From Perkinsela sp. CCAP 1560/9 (lineage: Eukaryota > Protista > Euglenozoa: Kinetoplastea), in assembly GCA_965644495.1 (NCBI GenBank), contig CBFFSA010000007.1, forward strand, positions 62,001-126,000: a stretch of 64,000 bases of DNA. Reading direction: 5' to 3'. A program made the translations under genes and the position numbers. Below the pieces are notes generated by a model. That model was not told the DNA's origin and made no database searches. It saw nothing but the letters and a program-made list of their open reading frames with translations. Of this stretch, positions 42,189-53,531 are shown piece after piece (positions within the stretch are counted from its first letter, which is position 1; every line of letters begins with the position of its first letter).

Positions 42189-43844
42189 ATGTGTTCTGCT
42201 CACAACGTGCAAAACCTTGATTTTTTTCATGAGATTGACGAACCGAATGAGGCATTCGGTGCGAAAGAAGTGAACGCTACTAGTAATACCATAAGTACTC
42301 CAGCAGTTCAATCTGAAAATGCATCCGCATTACCAGAACACAGAAGTGCTGATGAGATCAGAAAGTCGATGCACATTCGAATTCATCTACTTTCAAAGAT
42401 CGACACATCAAAAGAGAGGAAGCGAAAACACCTACCAAGGCAAAACAAGCAAACATTAAAAAATGTGCCACTGTGCTCCAATTTTAAGACTCTGAAGCAT
42501 TCTTTTTCTAAAGGTGTCTTACATACTTTGGAAGAGAAGCAGTTTTCGTCATGCACTCCTGTCCAATCCCAGTGTTTGCCACTTCTTCTGCAGCCTTACC
42601 TTACTTTAAACAACGGAAAAGGAGAAAAGGTGCAGAGTGCTGACGCCGCACAGGCACATACTGGTAATATTTCGACGTCACTGCCCAAAACTTACGCATC
42701 ACCTCCTTGTGTCCTGGTGTGTGCCCCTACGGGTTCAGGAAAGACAATTGCCTACCTGTTGCCCCTCATAACCGATCTGGAGCGCAGGTGGCCATACGGG
42801 AAAAGACGAATAAAACGAAAAGGTAGTTCTGAATCTGTCCCACAAACTACCGAAAGAAAGGACCATTCGCGAAGAGAAATTGGCCTTCGCTCCTTTGTTT
42901 TGGTACCCACACGCGAGCTTGCGATTCAAGTCGAGACAGAACTCTTATCTTTCTCAAATCGCTCTTCACTTCGCATTATGCAGTGCGAAATGAACAAAAC
43001 TCAAATAACACAGAGTGATGTAATCGTTTCCACACCCCACCGCATGCAATCCTTTCTAGATGAATGCGGTGGCACCGTACTTAGCGCTGTCCAGTTTTGC
43101 GTTGTGGATGAAGCGGACCGAGTGCTAGATAAGACCTCACCTAATCTATTAGAGCAATGCAGTGCTCTCCTTGAGACCCTTCCCACAGACCACTTGTCGC
43201 TCTCTATGTTCAGCGCAACACTTCCTCAGCACTTTGACGCAACCGTTCGGCGAATTATGCCACGAGACTTTTACCGTGTTGTTGTGGGGGCCCGTGTGGC
43301 TCCGACGGAGTTAGTCGACCAAAAGCTTATCTACGTCACCAATGAACAAGGCAAGGTAGATGCGATTCGACGTCTCTTGCTAAACGGGTTTTCTCCTCCT
43401 ATGCTCGTTTTTACTCGATCCATTGAACGATGCGAGAAAGTGTTCCGTGAAATTGGCTCAGAACGTTATCGAGTTGCTGTTCTTCATTCCTCTCTCCAAG
43501 GCGACGCTCGTTCACGCATAATGGAGCAAATACGTCTGGGTACCGTATGGATACTCATTACTACAGATCTGCTTGCGCGTGGAATAGACATAAAGAACGT
43601 TGGGACCATCTTAAATTTTGATTTTCCTCCCTCACCGGAATGTTACGTTCATCGAGTCGGTCGAGCAGGACGAGCAGGGTGCCAGGGAAGTGCCATAACT
43701 CTTTTTACGGACGCAGACAAACCGATGGTCAGGGATATAGCGATGTTAATTCAAAATTCTGGGAGCAGCGTTGAGCCGTACTTGCTTGAAATGAAAAGGG
43801 CCGGCCGAGCAAGACGCAAGCTCTATCGACAATCTGGGTTCTAA
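42189..43844 (+). CDS. ROK1: DEAD-box RNA helicase ROK1/DDX52-like
   Basis: TPVQ, APTGSGKT, PTRELA, DEAD, SAT, LARGID, HRVGRAGRAG, plus the subfamily-like FSPPMLVFTRSIER. Confidence 0.8.
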   Translation: MCSAHNVQNLDFFHEIDEPNEAFGAKEVNATSNTISTPAVQSENASALPEHRSADEIRKSMHIRIHLLSKIDTSKERKRKHLPRQNKQTLKNVPLCSNFKTLKHSFSKGVLHTLEEKQFSSCTPVQSQCLPLLLQPYLTLNNGKGEKVQSADAAQAHTGNISTSLPKTYASPPCVLVCAPTGSGKTIAYLLPLITDLERRWPYGKRRIKRKGSSESVPQTTERKDHSRREIGLRSFVLVPTRELAIQVETELLSFSNRSSLRIMQCEMNKTQITQSDVIVSTPHRMQSFLDECGGTVLSAVQFCVVDEADRVLDKTSPNLLEQCSALLETLPTDHLSLSMFSATLPQHFDATVRRIMPRDFYRVVVGARVAPTELVDQKLIYVTNEQGKVDAIRRLLLNGFSPPMLVFTRSIERCEKVFREIGSERYRVAVLHSSLQGDARSRIMEQIRLGTVWILITTDLLARGIDIKNVGTILNFDFPPSPECYVHRVGRAGRAGCQGSAITLFTDADKPMVRDIAMLIQNSGSSVEPYLLEMKRAGRARRKLYRQSGF

Positions 43845-44045
43845 ATGAGTTCTGACTCATTTGTGCGGCGCTTAGTGCAATTGTGAAACTAAACTCTTGG
43901 AAACTAAATTCTTGGAAGCTAAATTCTATTTTAACTCTTTAATTTTTTTTCTTTGGAGTCATGACTTTTGGGACGTGTACTTCCCATGTGATCGTCAACG
44001 ACAGAACATGATGATGAGTTTTTTTGTTTGCACATTTAAAGATTC

Positions 44046-45179
44046 ATGCTTCGATTCGCGGCATGGGCTTTCCAAAAATGGAAGCCCCGGATGAACAAAG
44101 TGAAATCCACAAAGCGTAAAAAATCTGAAACGAGCGGTTCTGGATCCACACGACCGAAGAAAACGTGGGATGACACAAAGCTCATACCGAAAGCATCCAC
44201 TCCTCTTGCCTTGGCCAAGGTTTACCAAAGAGTTGTGGATCGACGAATCCTTGGTAAAAATGTTTTCAACGAAATCAGTATCCATCCAGAGATACCGGAC
44301 AGTATTCCTGTAGAGACCAGAGAGAATTTTCCACATTATTTGCGCTCCTCACGCACACGTCCCACACACTTTGTGTCACTTTCCATAAAGAAACCCTCCG
44401 TTCTGAGCGGGATTGCTAGCGTGCAGAACGAAATTGTGAATACCCATAAATTTCTGCGTCACGCAATGATACCAGCGCCTCGACTGCATGTCTCATTAGC
44501 ACTGCTAAGACTTGATACTCTAGAGCAGAAATCGGAGGCAGTGGTTACTGTGATGCGCGTTCTTGAGGAGCTCGGAGCATCGATGCAACCCATTACTCTA
44601 CGATTTAGAGGTCTCGGTGTTTTCCGTAGGGGAGAGGTTCTGTTTGTTCGATTAACACCCGAACTCCATTTCAAACATTTACACAACTTCCAGACTGCCC
44701 TACGACGACGTCTTGGTGGCCTTTCGTTAACTGGGTCAAACGGTTACGCCGAAGTATTGCCTAGTACAGTCCAACTAGTCGGAAATCCGTATGATAACTG
44801 GACACCCCATCTTACCATTGCAAAAATGAAGCAGATTCGAATTGCAAGAATGCAAAAAGATACAGAGAAAACAGTAACACCAGATATCGATACTTTGGTA
44901 GAGGAACACTCCGCTACCGACAAAGTTAATTCAATTCGGGAATACAATTATCATACGATTCCTTACCCGTCTTACAGCAAATTTGTGGCGAATTCTTTCG
45001 GAGAGGAAACTTTTCGAGAGGTAGAGCTGTGTGACATGCGTGGGTCGAGGAGTAATGATGGGGGGTATCTTGTCTCAGGCAAGGCACCGCTTTCCTTTCC
45101 TCTGTCAAAGGCTGGTGTTTCGTCAAAACCACTACATGAAAGACTGCCTCAAGACCTGATTGATCGGTCCGAGGTATGA
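44046..45179 (+). CDS. 2H phosphoesterase (AKAP7/LENG9/ASCC1-like 2',5'-RNA ligase-like domain)
   Basis: RPTHFVSL, RLHVSL (first HxS), FRGLGVF...VLFV, TPHLTIAK (second HxT), and FGEE...ELCDM. Confidence 0.85.
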   Translation: MLRFAAWAFQKWKPRMNKVKSTKRKKSETSGSGSTRPKKTWDDTKLIPKASTPLALAKVYQRVVDRRILGKNVFNEISIHPEIPDSIPVETRENFPHYLRSSRTRPTHFVSLSIKKPSVLSGIASVQNEIVNTHKFLRHAMIPAPRLHVSLALLRLDTLEQKSEAVVTVMRVLEELGASMQPITLRFRGLGVFRRGEVLFVRLTPELHFKHLHNFQTALRRRLGGLSLTGSNGYAEVLPSTVQLVGNPYDNWTPHLTIAKMKQIRIARMQKDTEKTVTPDIDTLVEEHSATDKVNSIREYNYHTIPYPSYSKFVANSFGEETFREVELCDMRGSRSNDGGYLVSGKAPLSFPLSKAGVSSKPLHERLPQDLIDRSEV

Positions 45180-45592
45180 ACACAGTCAGCTCGGGCCACC
45201 TAGCACACGTGCCCTTATACATGTCTTATTGACATTTGTGAAAGCAAAAGCCATTGAACGGCTTCTGGATTATTCTACACATGTAGTAACGTATTTTACT
45301 AGCCTTTATTTTAAAGAGGGACGCGCTATGTGCTTACAGAAGGTCTACACCCGTGTAAATAGTACATGTTTCCAATTTCGTACAATTCACATTAGTATTT
45401 TTATTCACATTTTATTTTTTTCGTGCCTTTTTCTGACCAATAATTTATTGGAATTAAAGATCAGTGCGCTACGTTTTCCAATATTTAGCAGTTCTTGCTA
45501 CGCGATTCGTACGTACATGTATTTTCTGTAGGTAACATGGACCAATGATACATTTAGGCCCAAAGGTGCTGCTGGATACACTTTCAGACTAA

Positions 45593-47440
45593 ATGTTGTT
45601 GCTGTTCCAAGCGTTTGCTTTGCTACACGTTCTCAACACAGATAGATCGAATGGGTCAAAGCCATTTCTGTCAACATCAGAGAACCTTTCGTTCCATTCG
45701 ACAACAGAACATTTCGCCCCTCCACTACCTATGGATGTTATTGTACCCGAAAGCAGTGAACCGGACGCTTTTTCCTCAATACCTTTCGACGATTGGGACG
45801 ATATTACCCAGCATCACAAGGACGGCGAAAAGAATGTATTTCGTAAACAATCCGGCCATACCCTTTCAGAGACGGTGAAAACTGAACACGCCCCAGAAAG
45901 CAATGCAAAAAAAGATGATTTCCAAACTGTTCCGCACCGACATCTACATGTATTACCTTCACGACCAGAAATAAACCAAGAGACGAGCATCTCTCCTGAT
46001 GCCTCTCACGGTGTGAGCAGTTTCATTGGTCGTGTTCGTGAGTTCTGGAGCCGTCGCTCAATGACAGAGGAAGATTTTCAGTTACGTCCATCATATCTTC
46101 CTAGAGCTCAAGTTGGAGACAAATGCTTCGTTACAGGTCCCAATTTTCGAGATGGTCGAGTATTGTTTTCGACGGATTGGACTAGGGGAGCTCATATGGA
46201 TTTTCTTATTTTCCCTTTTACCAGGAACAAAATATATCTTGTGCCTCCAGAGGAGATCATGTCAGATTTAGAACACCGACCATCGCCCGAAGAAGGTATC
46301 AAAGAGGAGAGATATTACGCAATTGACGTAACGAGAGCAAAGCGTAATGAAATGGCTCATCGATTGCACCTATTTCGGACCGAAGCAGACTCGGAGCCCA
46401 TTCTTTTTGGAGGGCACTTCCTTCTGATTACTCCAAAACAAATGTCTGGGGCGACTCAATATAGACCCGACGGCGAGCGTACTATTATATTCAATCGAAT
46501 TTTGTCTACCAAAGAAAATTCTGGAAGGCACCGTGGAAAAGTAATTTGGACGCGGCCTGAATTAACTCGAGCTCTGCGTGTATTATCTAGCGGAAATGCA
46601 AATGAGACGACCAGAGTACTCCAGTACTCCACATTATGCCATCGTCCAGCGTTACAGCGAAGAAAGAAATGTAACGAATCTCGAGAGTCAGAGGACGTGT
46701 TACAATCTCGCAAAAGCAAGGAGGACGATGAGATTCTTCAGCGATGGGTCGCTTCCCCGCATGAAAACAGCAAATTTCGTTGCTTTTTGGAGCGCGTGCG
46801 AAAAGTCATCTCAGGATGGTTCAGATGCAGCCAAGATAGTGAGAAATATTCAGAAAGAGATAGACTTTTGAGCGACACACGAGGACTTAATGATAGGCCT
46901 TCCAGGCTAAACCCGTTTATAGACTACACCTGGAACGCGGAAGAAGGGCCCATACATTTTCCCCCGGCGGCCGGTCCCTCGAAACCTCTTTATCCAGAGT
47001 ACAAGCGAGAGATACAGCTTTGTTTTTCGGCGCAACAATCTTGCTTGTATAGCTCGGATGATGATCTCTATGTGAAAAGGCTGCAGCAGAGCTCCACTCA
47101 CCACCCTGGCTTATTTGGGCGATTTCGGAGAAGGTGGACCCACACAATATCACCCGACGCTACCCAAAACGCGTACAATAAATGTCTTAAGCCTCCCGCA
47201 TTTCTTCTCGGAGAGGGAAAGCTACACGTTGATTCAGAATGGCGATACGATTGGAAGGGCAACTGTAACAAATCAGAAATTGAAGAGAGAAGGAGACATA
47301 CAGGTATGAAAAGTGATATCCGCGCCCCTATTGAAGGAATGTGTCAACCAAGCATTGGGGAGGCTCCAATGTATTACTTACTGCGCAGCGGACAACACGA
47401 GCGGTTGTATCCTGTCTATTGTCCCTGCAAGGTGCAGTAA
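45593..47440 (+). CDS. hypothetical protein (615 aa)
   Basis: Long ORF with a short hydrophobic N-terminus. No family recognised. Confidence 0.65.
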   Translation: MLLLFQAFALLHVLNTDRSNGSKPFLSTSENLSFHSTTEHFAPPLPMDVIVPESSEPDAFSSIPFDDWDDITQHHKDGEKNVFRKQSGHTLSETVKTEHAPESNAKKDDFQTVPHRHLHVLPSRPEINQETSISPDASHGVSSFIGRVREFWSRRSMTEEDFQLRPSYLPRAQVGDKCFVTGPNFRDGRVLFSTDWTRGAHMDFLIFPFTRNKIYLVPPEEIMSDLEHRPSPEEGIKEERYYAIDVTRAKRNEMAHRLHLFRTEADSEPILFGGHFLLITPKQMSGATQYRPDGERTIIFNRILSTKENSGRHRGKVIWTRPELTRALRVLSSGNANETTRVLQYSTLCHRPALQRRKKCNESRESEDVLQSRKSKEDDEILQRWVASPHENSKFRCFLERVRKVISGWFRCSQDSEKYSERDRLLSDTRGLNDRPSRLNPFIDYTWNAEEGPIHFPPAAGPSKPLYPEYKREIQLCFSAQQSCLYSSDDDLYVKRLQQSSTHHPGLFGRFRRRWTHTISPDATQNAYNKCLKPPAFLLGEGKLHVDSEWRYDWKGNCNKSEIEERRRHTGMKSDIRAPIEGMCQPSIGEAPMYYLLRSGQHERLYPVYCPCKVQ

Positions 47441-47646
47441 TTTTATTGCGCCGCGGTGATAAATCAACTTATGTCATAATACTTTACTACCGTGAATACA
47501 TACAACGACGAAATACAGTATCTGTACATAGAAGTGCGACACACTGTAATCGCAGTAGGCTAATGTAATTCAGTAAATCCAGTTTTTACATACATGTATT
47601 TCTAGAATACAATTTAACTTTAAGCCCATCTCGTAATACGTTTTGC

Positions 47647-50046
47647 ATGCGGATCCATTTCTGGTACGTTCTCGCTCTGCTTGTAACGATTCTAACTCTT
47701 GCCACTGCATCCAGTGTTACGGCTGTCGATGACTCGGAAGACGGTTTCGCCGACCTTTTCGGAACGGGTGGAAACAAAAAGAAAAAGAAGAGATATGCTT
47801 TTGAAGATGTTCCTGATACCCCACCGATTCTTCACGAAGAGAAGAAAATGGAAAATTTTGGGGAGGAAGCTCCGCAAGTGAAAGTGGAAGAGGAACCCCA
47901 AGATGATAAACCAGCAGAAAAGAGCAAGCCTAATTCACCAAAGCCTTTGAAGAAATCAGAACCCCAGAAAAAAGAAGTTGAACCAAAACTGAATTCCGTG
48001 AAAACACGGAAACAATCGCCACCGAAGAAGAAAGAATGTCCAGTCTCGAAACCCGTAAGAGGAACTGTAGGCCCGAGAGCTTCTGTTCCAGCCCCTCAAG
48101 CGGAAGACTATGAAACCCAGATTGCCATGGTGATGTCCTTCGTGGAGGACTACCCTAGTGTTGAAGATGCCGTCGATGCTGTGGCAAAGAGCAACTTTCC
48201 TGACGACTATGCCAAACAAAAGGCGTTCGCAGACAAGTTCTATGCCTTGTCAGGAGCCAAACCCGATCCTGCTTCTGTGCCTGTCGTTGACCTCCCACCG
48301 TCCCCTATGCCCGAAGCTGAATTCATCCCTCTCCCCCCGGACGCGCCAGATACTTCTGTTAAAATTCCAGAAGAGATTACCGACCCGGAAGATCAGTGGA
48401 ACATAAATGAGTGGAACAGCAAGGTGGACAGGGAGAGCTTGTACAACTCTGCCGCCCAGATTCTCCACAAGGAGGAGTCGGAACTCTGGAACATTGTCAG
48501 CCGTATTCGCTCCGCTGGACCTCTTCAAATTGGCCAAGTTTACGAGAATGAATGGCCAGGAGATGAACGTATGCAGCGCCTGGCACGGGCGTGGTACAAC
48601 ATCGTCATGGCAAAGTTCCCTCATCACCAGGATTTACAAATCGGCGATTTCGGAGGACGCCGCCCCGCAGCTCGGGCGCCCGTCCGCGCTCGCTTCCAAA
48701 ACCAACCTCCCGCACATGTACCTCCCCAACACCACGCCCCCCCCACCAACACGGAAAAAGAATTTGAAGACGCGATTGCACAAATTCACCTCATCAAAGA
48801 AACCGCCACCTCCGTCGATGAGGCCATTGACACCGTCGCCATGGCCTTCTTCCCCGAGGACTTTGCGAAACAGCAACGCCTCTCCCAGCTCTACTACACC
48901 TACGGCACCGCGACCCCTCCCCGGCATGCCGCTCCCCCCCCGCGCCCCCTGCAGCCCCTTGGCGGGTTCGCTGCCCCGTTCCCCGGCGTGATGTTGGGGG
49001 GGGTGGGCGTCGCCCATGGGGCTATGGGTGCGGGAGGCCCCAACCCGCTCGCGGGGCTGTTGGGGATCCACCCCGCGGTGCTTCCCATGGGAGGGGTGGC
49101 CTCTCCTATGCCAGGCCCTCCGGGGTCTTCTTCTGCGTCTTCGTCAGATATTGAATCGAATTACGCGGAGAACTCGTTACTGGTGGAAGGGTCGAAACAG
49201 CTCGGTGTGCCGGTGGGGGTGCTGGAGGCTGCGGTGCTGCAAACGGAGGGGGAGGGTAGCGACCCTGAGGGTTTCTATGCGTTGTTGCGAGAGGGGTTTG
49301 GGGCCTCCAATGCGTTAGCGGTGGCGCCCGGGGAGGTGAGTGCGTGGTATGTGGTGAACGGGGCGAACGTGTACAGGGAGGCCGCGCGGTGGAGTTTTAT
49401 TCGGGAGGCCGCGGATCAGATTCGAGACACCCCGCGGAATGTGGATCGTGTGCTGCAGTGGATTGATGACTCGTGTAATGTGTTGGAGCCGGAGTCGCGG
49501 TTGCGGGAGATGGATAGTTTGCAAATTTTTGGCGGTGATACGGACAAGCAGAAGGCGTTGAATGAGTGGATCACGCTGCGGCAGAGCGAGCTGTTCCGTT
49601 CACGTATGTTCAAATCGGTGAGTACAGATTCGGATCTCCCGCTTGCGGATTCGCAGAGACAACCCCCAAAACTTGAAGGTGAGGAATGTCCGGAAGTCCA
49701 GCCAGGCGCAGTTTCTCCCACACCAGAAGTGTCAGAAGAGCAACCACCGAATGACTCAGATTTGGAGAAAATGGAAGATGTACCAAGTCAGGAAGAGGTG
49801 ATTCCATCACGCACGTTAAGTGACTTCCTATCGGAGTGTTTTGGGAATCGTATACCTCCACGACTTGGAAATATGCATGCCATGCGAGTCGCAGGGCTCG
49901 TCGCTCGACATTACAAAGTTTCAGAAAAAGATATACATCGTGCTGTTACTGCAGCTACAGATGAATTAATGAATGATTTTGAAAAGAGCAACCACGGAGA
50001 AGTGGTAACCATTGTACGCGAACTCAGAAACAGTATGAAAAAATGA
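47647..50046 (+). CDS. signal-peptide protein with Pro-rich linkers and internal helical repeats
   Basis: MRIHFWYVLALLVTILTLATA signal-like N-terminus and a repeated [FW]PxDxx[KM]Q module. Confidence 0.75.
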   Translation: MRIHFWYVLALLVTILTLATASSVTAVDDSEDGFADLFGTGGNKKKKKRYAFEDVPDTPPILHEEKKMENFGEEAPQVKVEEEPQDDKPAEKSKPNSPKPLKKSEPQKKEVEPKLNSVKTRKQSPPKKKECPVSKPVRGTVGPRASVPAPQAEDYETQIAMVMSFVEDYPSVEDAVDAVAKSNFPDDYAKQKAFADKFYALSGAKPDPASVPVVDLPPSPMPEAEFIPLPPDAPDTSVKIPEEITDPEDQWNINEWNSKVDRESLYNSAAQILHKEESELWNIVSRIRSAGPLQIGQVYENEWPGDERMQRLARAWYNIVMAKFPHHQDLQIGDFGGRRPAARAPVRARFQNQPPAHVPPQHHAPPTNTEKEFEDAIAQIHLIKETATSVDEAIDTVAMAFFPEDFAKQQRLSQLYYTYGTATPPRHAAPPPRPLQPLGGFAAPFPGVMLGGVGVAHGAMGAGGPNPLAGLLGIHPAVLPMGGVASPMPGPPGSSSASSSDIESNYAENSLLVEGSKQLGVPVGVLEAAVLQTEGEGSDPEGFYALLREGFGASNALAVAPGEVSAWYVVNGANVYREAARWSFIREAADQIRDTPRNVDRVLQWIDDSCNVLEPESRLREMDSLQIFGGDTDKQKALNEWITLRQSELFRSRMFKSVSTDSDLPLADSQRQPPKLEGEECPEVQPGAVSPTPEVSEEQPPNDSDLEKMEDVPSQEEVIPSRTLSDFLSECFGNRIPPRLGNMHAMRVAGLVARHYKVSEKDIHRAVTAATDELMNDFEKSNHGEVVTIVRELRNSMKK

Positions 50047-50448
50047 AATTATGTGACATGATATTTGCTTTTGGAAAGAATATTGAGAAATAAGAATGTG
50101 AGCTATTATACAAATGTGCTTTTGCTACAAGAACTGGAGAGGCTGCAGTCGTCTTCTTGGCATTTCGTTATCAAAATGTTTTATACTCCTTTTTGTGTGA
50201 TAAGCCAAGTAGAAAACTTTAGTTTGCTCTGTTAAACCGGAACATAGTTTCCTAAAAAGATTAAAAGAAGTACTATTCAATACCACGACCTATCTCATTC
50301 GTCTATGTGCGACTATTTAATGTCTATCCTCATACGCCATTTGATAAATCTAGTTTCATCAGTAAGCATGATGTATCACTTTAATAGCAAATGTTATGAC
50401 TACGAGAAAATGCACTTTTTCTGTTTTCTCTGAGAAAGTACTGGAAGC

Positions 50449-50676
50449 ATGTCATTCTATCAAAAATTGAAAATTCCTGATCGCTTCTCTCTTCTTCAAA
50501 AATTTGAGCTTCGTCGCTGCTTGGAAAATGTGTCACCACGTACCACTGCGTTCCTTTCTCAGGACTTCTTTCGTAACGTTCATTGGACAGTCATTTTTGT
50601 ATCAAGTACAGCGGTGTCATTTGCAACACTGCTGACGTTCCGACAGTATTTAGAATATATTCGCAAGAGAAAATGA
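50449..50676 (+). CDS. small single-pass membrane protein (hypothetical)
   Basis: 75 aa with ATG start, one hydrophobic segment followed by a basic tail. Confidence 0.4.
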   Translation: MSFYQKLKIPDRFSLLQKFELRRCLENVSPRTTAFLSQDFFRNVHWTVIFVSSTAVSFATLLTFRQYLEYIRKRK

Positions 50677-51308
50677 ATGGAAATAAGCGGAAATAACTTT
50701 TTTGTGCCAAGCGTCCGATGATACAACACAGTAGTCCGCACGGCATCCCATAGACAGCGCTCTTTCGCATGTACTCGAACTGAGGAGGGACTATACAATT
50801 AATCCTAATGTAATTAGGACACAGGGAGTACTCACTATTCGTATCAAGTTCCATCAAATTGACTCTTAAGGGAAAATCGTGGTCTACACGATCGTTTCCT
50901 AACGTGGTATCCTAACTGTCCTCTTCATGGTTCCGAAATGCTCTCCGAAATTATTGTACCTGCGTTGGTTTTACTGTTTCTACTAGAAGGAACTTTCTAG
51001 TTCCTCCAATATCTCGTATGCCTGCTTGTTATATCGTCTCTTTCCTGCGATGATCGAATGCTTCTGAATGATAGCTATGTCATAGCAAAGAAAGAGAATG
51101 ATTTGTAAACAGTTCGACTATCAAACTGTTGGTAATGCAATGTATCAAGGATAGTGTAAAAGATCCGTTGTATGCTTCCATTAAACATGCTTAAATTCTT
51201 AGATCTTCTAATGTCGAACACGTATTTTATGGCGAGTTGAACATTTTACACTTCGTAATCTCTCATACATCGCGGAAATTATCTGCATAAGCAAAAGCCG
51301 TCAACAAA

Positions 51309-53531
51309 ATGGATATACCTAAGATGAGCCGTAATTCAAAGCGAATTCGCTGGAGTTCGAGGCTTGTTTCGGAGAACGACCCAAATAAGAGTAGTGGGCC
51401 AGTTGCACTCCCGGTGGAAGGGGCAAAACAAGCAGTAATTGACACCGTACGCAAGAACCACGTTAGCATTCTTATCGGAGAAACTGGTAGTGGTAAAACG
51501 ACGAAGCTTCCGCAGTATCTGCTGGACGCTGGACTTTTGAAGGAATTAAATTCTGGGTACTGTTCTGAACAGAAGGTGGAATATGGCACGGCTACAAATA
51601 TGTATCTCCGACGCCGCAATAAAATTTGTGTTACACAGCCTCGACGGATCGCTGCGAAAACAGTTTCCTCCTTTGTAGCCAGTGAGCGGCAGACCAGCGA
51701 TGAAATCGGGTACGCGGTCCGATTTGAAGACTCCTGTACCCCACTGACCAGGATTAAGTACGTCACGGATGGGATTCTTCTGCGTGAGTTGTTTGTTGAC
51801 CCGTACTTAAATGATTACGGTATTATTGTGCTGGACGAGGCACACGAACGCACTTTGAATGGTGATATTCTCTTTGCGCTGCTTAAGGCGCTGCTTCGAC
51901 AGCATCGGAAGAACTCGTTGCGCATTATCATAATGTCGGCAACGATGGACCCGACATTCTTTCAGAATTATTGGTCTAGACCTGGAGCCGGAGAAACGGA
52001 CAACCCCAGAATAAAAGTTCAAGCGGCCTACATACAAGGAAGACAGCACACGGTATCGCTCAACTATTTGATTTCACCCGTAAAGGACTACGTAAAAACG
52101 TCCGTAAACACTGTAATGCAGCTTCTCATTGACAATGCGAAGAGTGTCTATGACGCATCACGTTCCAGTAAAAGTGATACAAGCACACTTGCGAAGGATA
52201 TTTTAGTATTCCTACCGGGTTCACATGATATCGAATCTGCATATCATCTTTTGCTAGAAAAACGTGAGAAAATTATCCCCCAAATCCGACAAATGATGGA
52301 TTTCTTACCCCTTCGCCTGTATTCGGTACTCACGCAAGAAGAGCAGATGCGTATTTTTGAACCGCTACCGACACCCCTGACAAGGAAAGTTGTTTTGGCG
52401 ACTAACATTGCAGAAACTTCCATCACTATCCCCGGTGTAAAGTACGTCGTTGACGCGGGATACGTAAAGGAAAAGCGCTACGACCCCATCTCCAAAGTTG
52501 ACACTCTGCACACCGTCCCGGTCAGTCAAGCCCAAGCAAGGCAACGAGCCGGTAGGGCTGGACGAGAGGGGCCGGGGGTTTGCTTCCGTCTCTACACGGA
52601 GGACCATTTCCACTCCCAACTCCGACCCTATCCGCTTCCGGAGATTCAGCGAACGTCTGTGATTCATGTTGTTCTGCAGCTGAAGGCGATGGATGTACCC
52701 AACCTTCTGCTATTCGACTTCTTGGATGCGCCGCCACGGGATGCGATTATGCGAGCCACAGAGACGCTTACCCTTCTAGGTGCGCTCGACCACGAAGGGA
52801 GAGTTACCGAAACGGGAAAGCGAATGGCGCGGATTCCGCTCGACCCCAAGGCATCGCGTTGCGTTGTGTACGCCGAACAGATGCACTGCCCAGCCACCCT
52901 GAAGGCAGTCATTACGATCTTGGCGATGTTAAGTGTAGAATCTCTTCTCATTCAGGAAAGACGAGGTGATACAAACCGGGGACTTCCAAAAAGCATGAAA
53001 TCTTCGACTTTTCGTACCTCAAAGGATGATACCGGTTCGAGAAATACATTTGAGTCCGCGGCTAGTGTGCACGGTGACCATTTTTTATACTTGGAAATTG
53101 CGAAAGAATTTGACAAACAGCGAGTGAGTGAACGCTCCTCATGGTGTAGGCGGCATGGTATTAAAACTCGTGAAATGCTAAAGGCAATGGATATCCGTGC
53201 CCAACTTTTACGTGAGATCTACCCCACACAAACAACTTTTGGACTTCATAGCGAATCGATTGACAGCGACACCTTGAGGCACAATGTCCGAATTTCCCTG
53301 TGCAGCGGATATTTTTCACACGCTGTCAAGTGGGATAATCAAACACGTAGGTACGTCACGCTTGATACACAAAAGACCGTCACGCTGCATCCAAACTCGG
53401 TTCTTTTTGCCAGCGGAAAGTACCGTGCGGAATACTTGATCTATCATTCCCTCGTGTCAACCGCTCGGGTTTATATGCACAACCTCTTTGTTATTCCGGA
53501 GTCGATTCTAAAGGAATTTCGAAAACAATAG
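51309..53531 (+). CDS. DEAH-box RNA helicase (DHX33/Dhr2/Prp22-like)
   Basis: GETGSGKTT, TQPRRIAA, DEAHER, MSAT, ATNIAETSITI, QRAGRAGR, and HA2/OB-fold region LHPNSVL. Confidence 0.95.
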   Translation: MDIPKMSRNSKRIRWSSRLVSENDPNKSSGPVALPVEGAKQAVIDTVRKNHVSILIGETGSGKTTKLPQYLLDAGLLKELNSGYCSEQKVEYGTATNMYLRRRNKICVTQPRRIAAKTVSSFVASERQTSDEIGYAVRFEDSCTPLTRIKYVTDGILLRELFVDPYLNDYGIIVLDEAHERTLNGDILFALLKALLRQHRKNSLRIIIMSATMDPTFFQNYWSRPGAGETDNPRIKVQAAYIQGRQHTVSLNYLISPVKDYVKTSVNTVMQLLIDNAKSVYDASRSSKSDTSTLAKDILVFLPGSHDIESAYHLLLEKREKIIPQIRQMMDFLPLRLYSVLTQEEQMRIFEPLPTPLTRKVVLATNIAETSITIPGVKYVVDAGYVKEKRYDPISKVDTLHTVPVSQAQARQRAGRAGREGPGVCFRLYTEDHFHSQLRPYPLPEIQRTSVIHVVLQLKAMDVPNLLLFDFLDAPPRDAIMRATETLTLLGALDHEGRVTETGKRMARIPLDPKASRCVVYAEQMHCPATLKAVITILAMLSVESLLIQERRGDTNRGLPKSMKSSTFRTSKDDTGSRNTFESAASVHGDHFLYLEIAKEFDKQRVSERSSWCRRHGIKTREMLKAMDIRAQLLREIYPTQTTFGLHSESIDSDTLRHNVRISLCSGYFSHAVKWDNQTRRYVTLDTQKTVTLHPNSVLFASGKYRAEYLIYHSLVSTARVYMHNLFVIPESILKEFRKQ

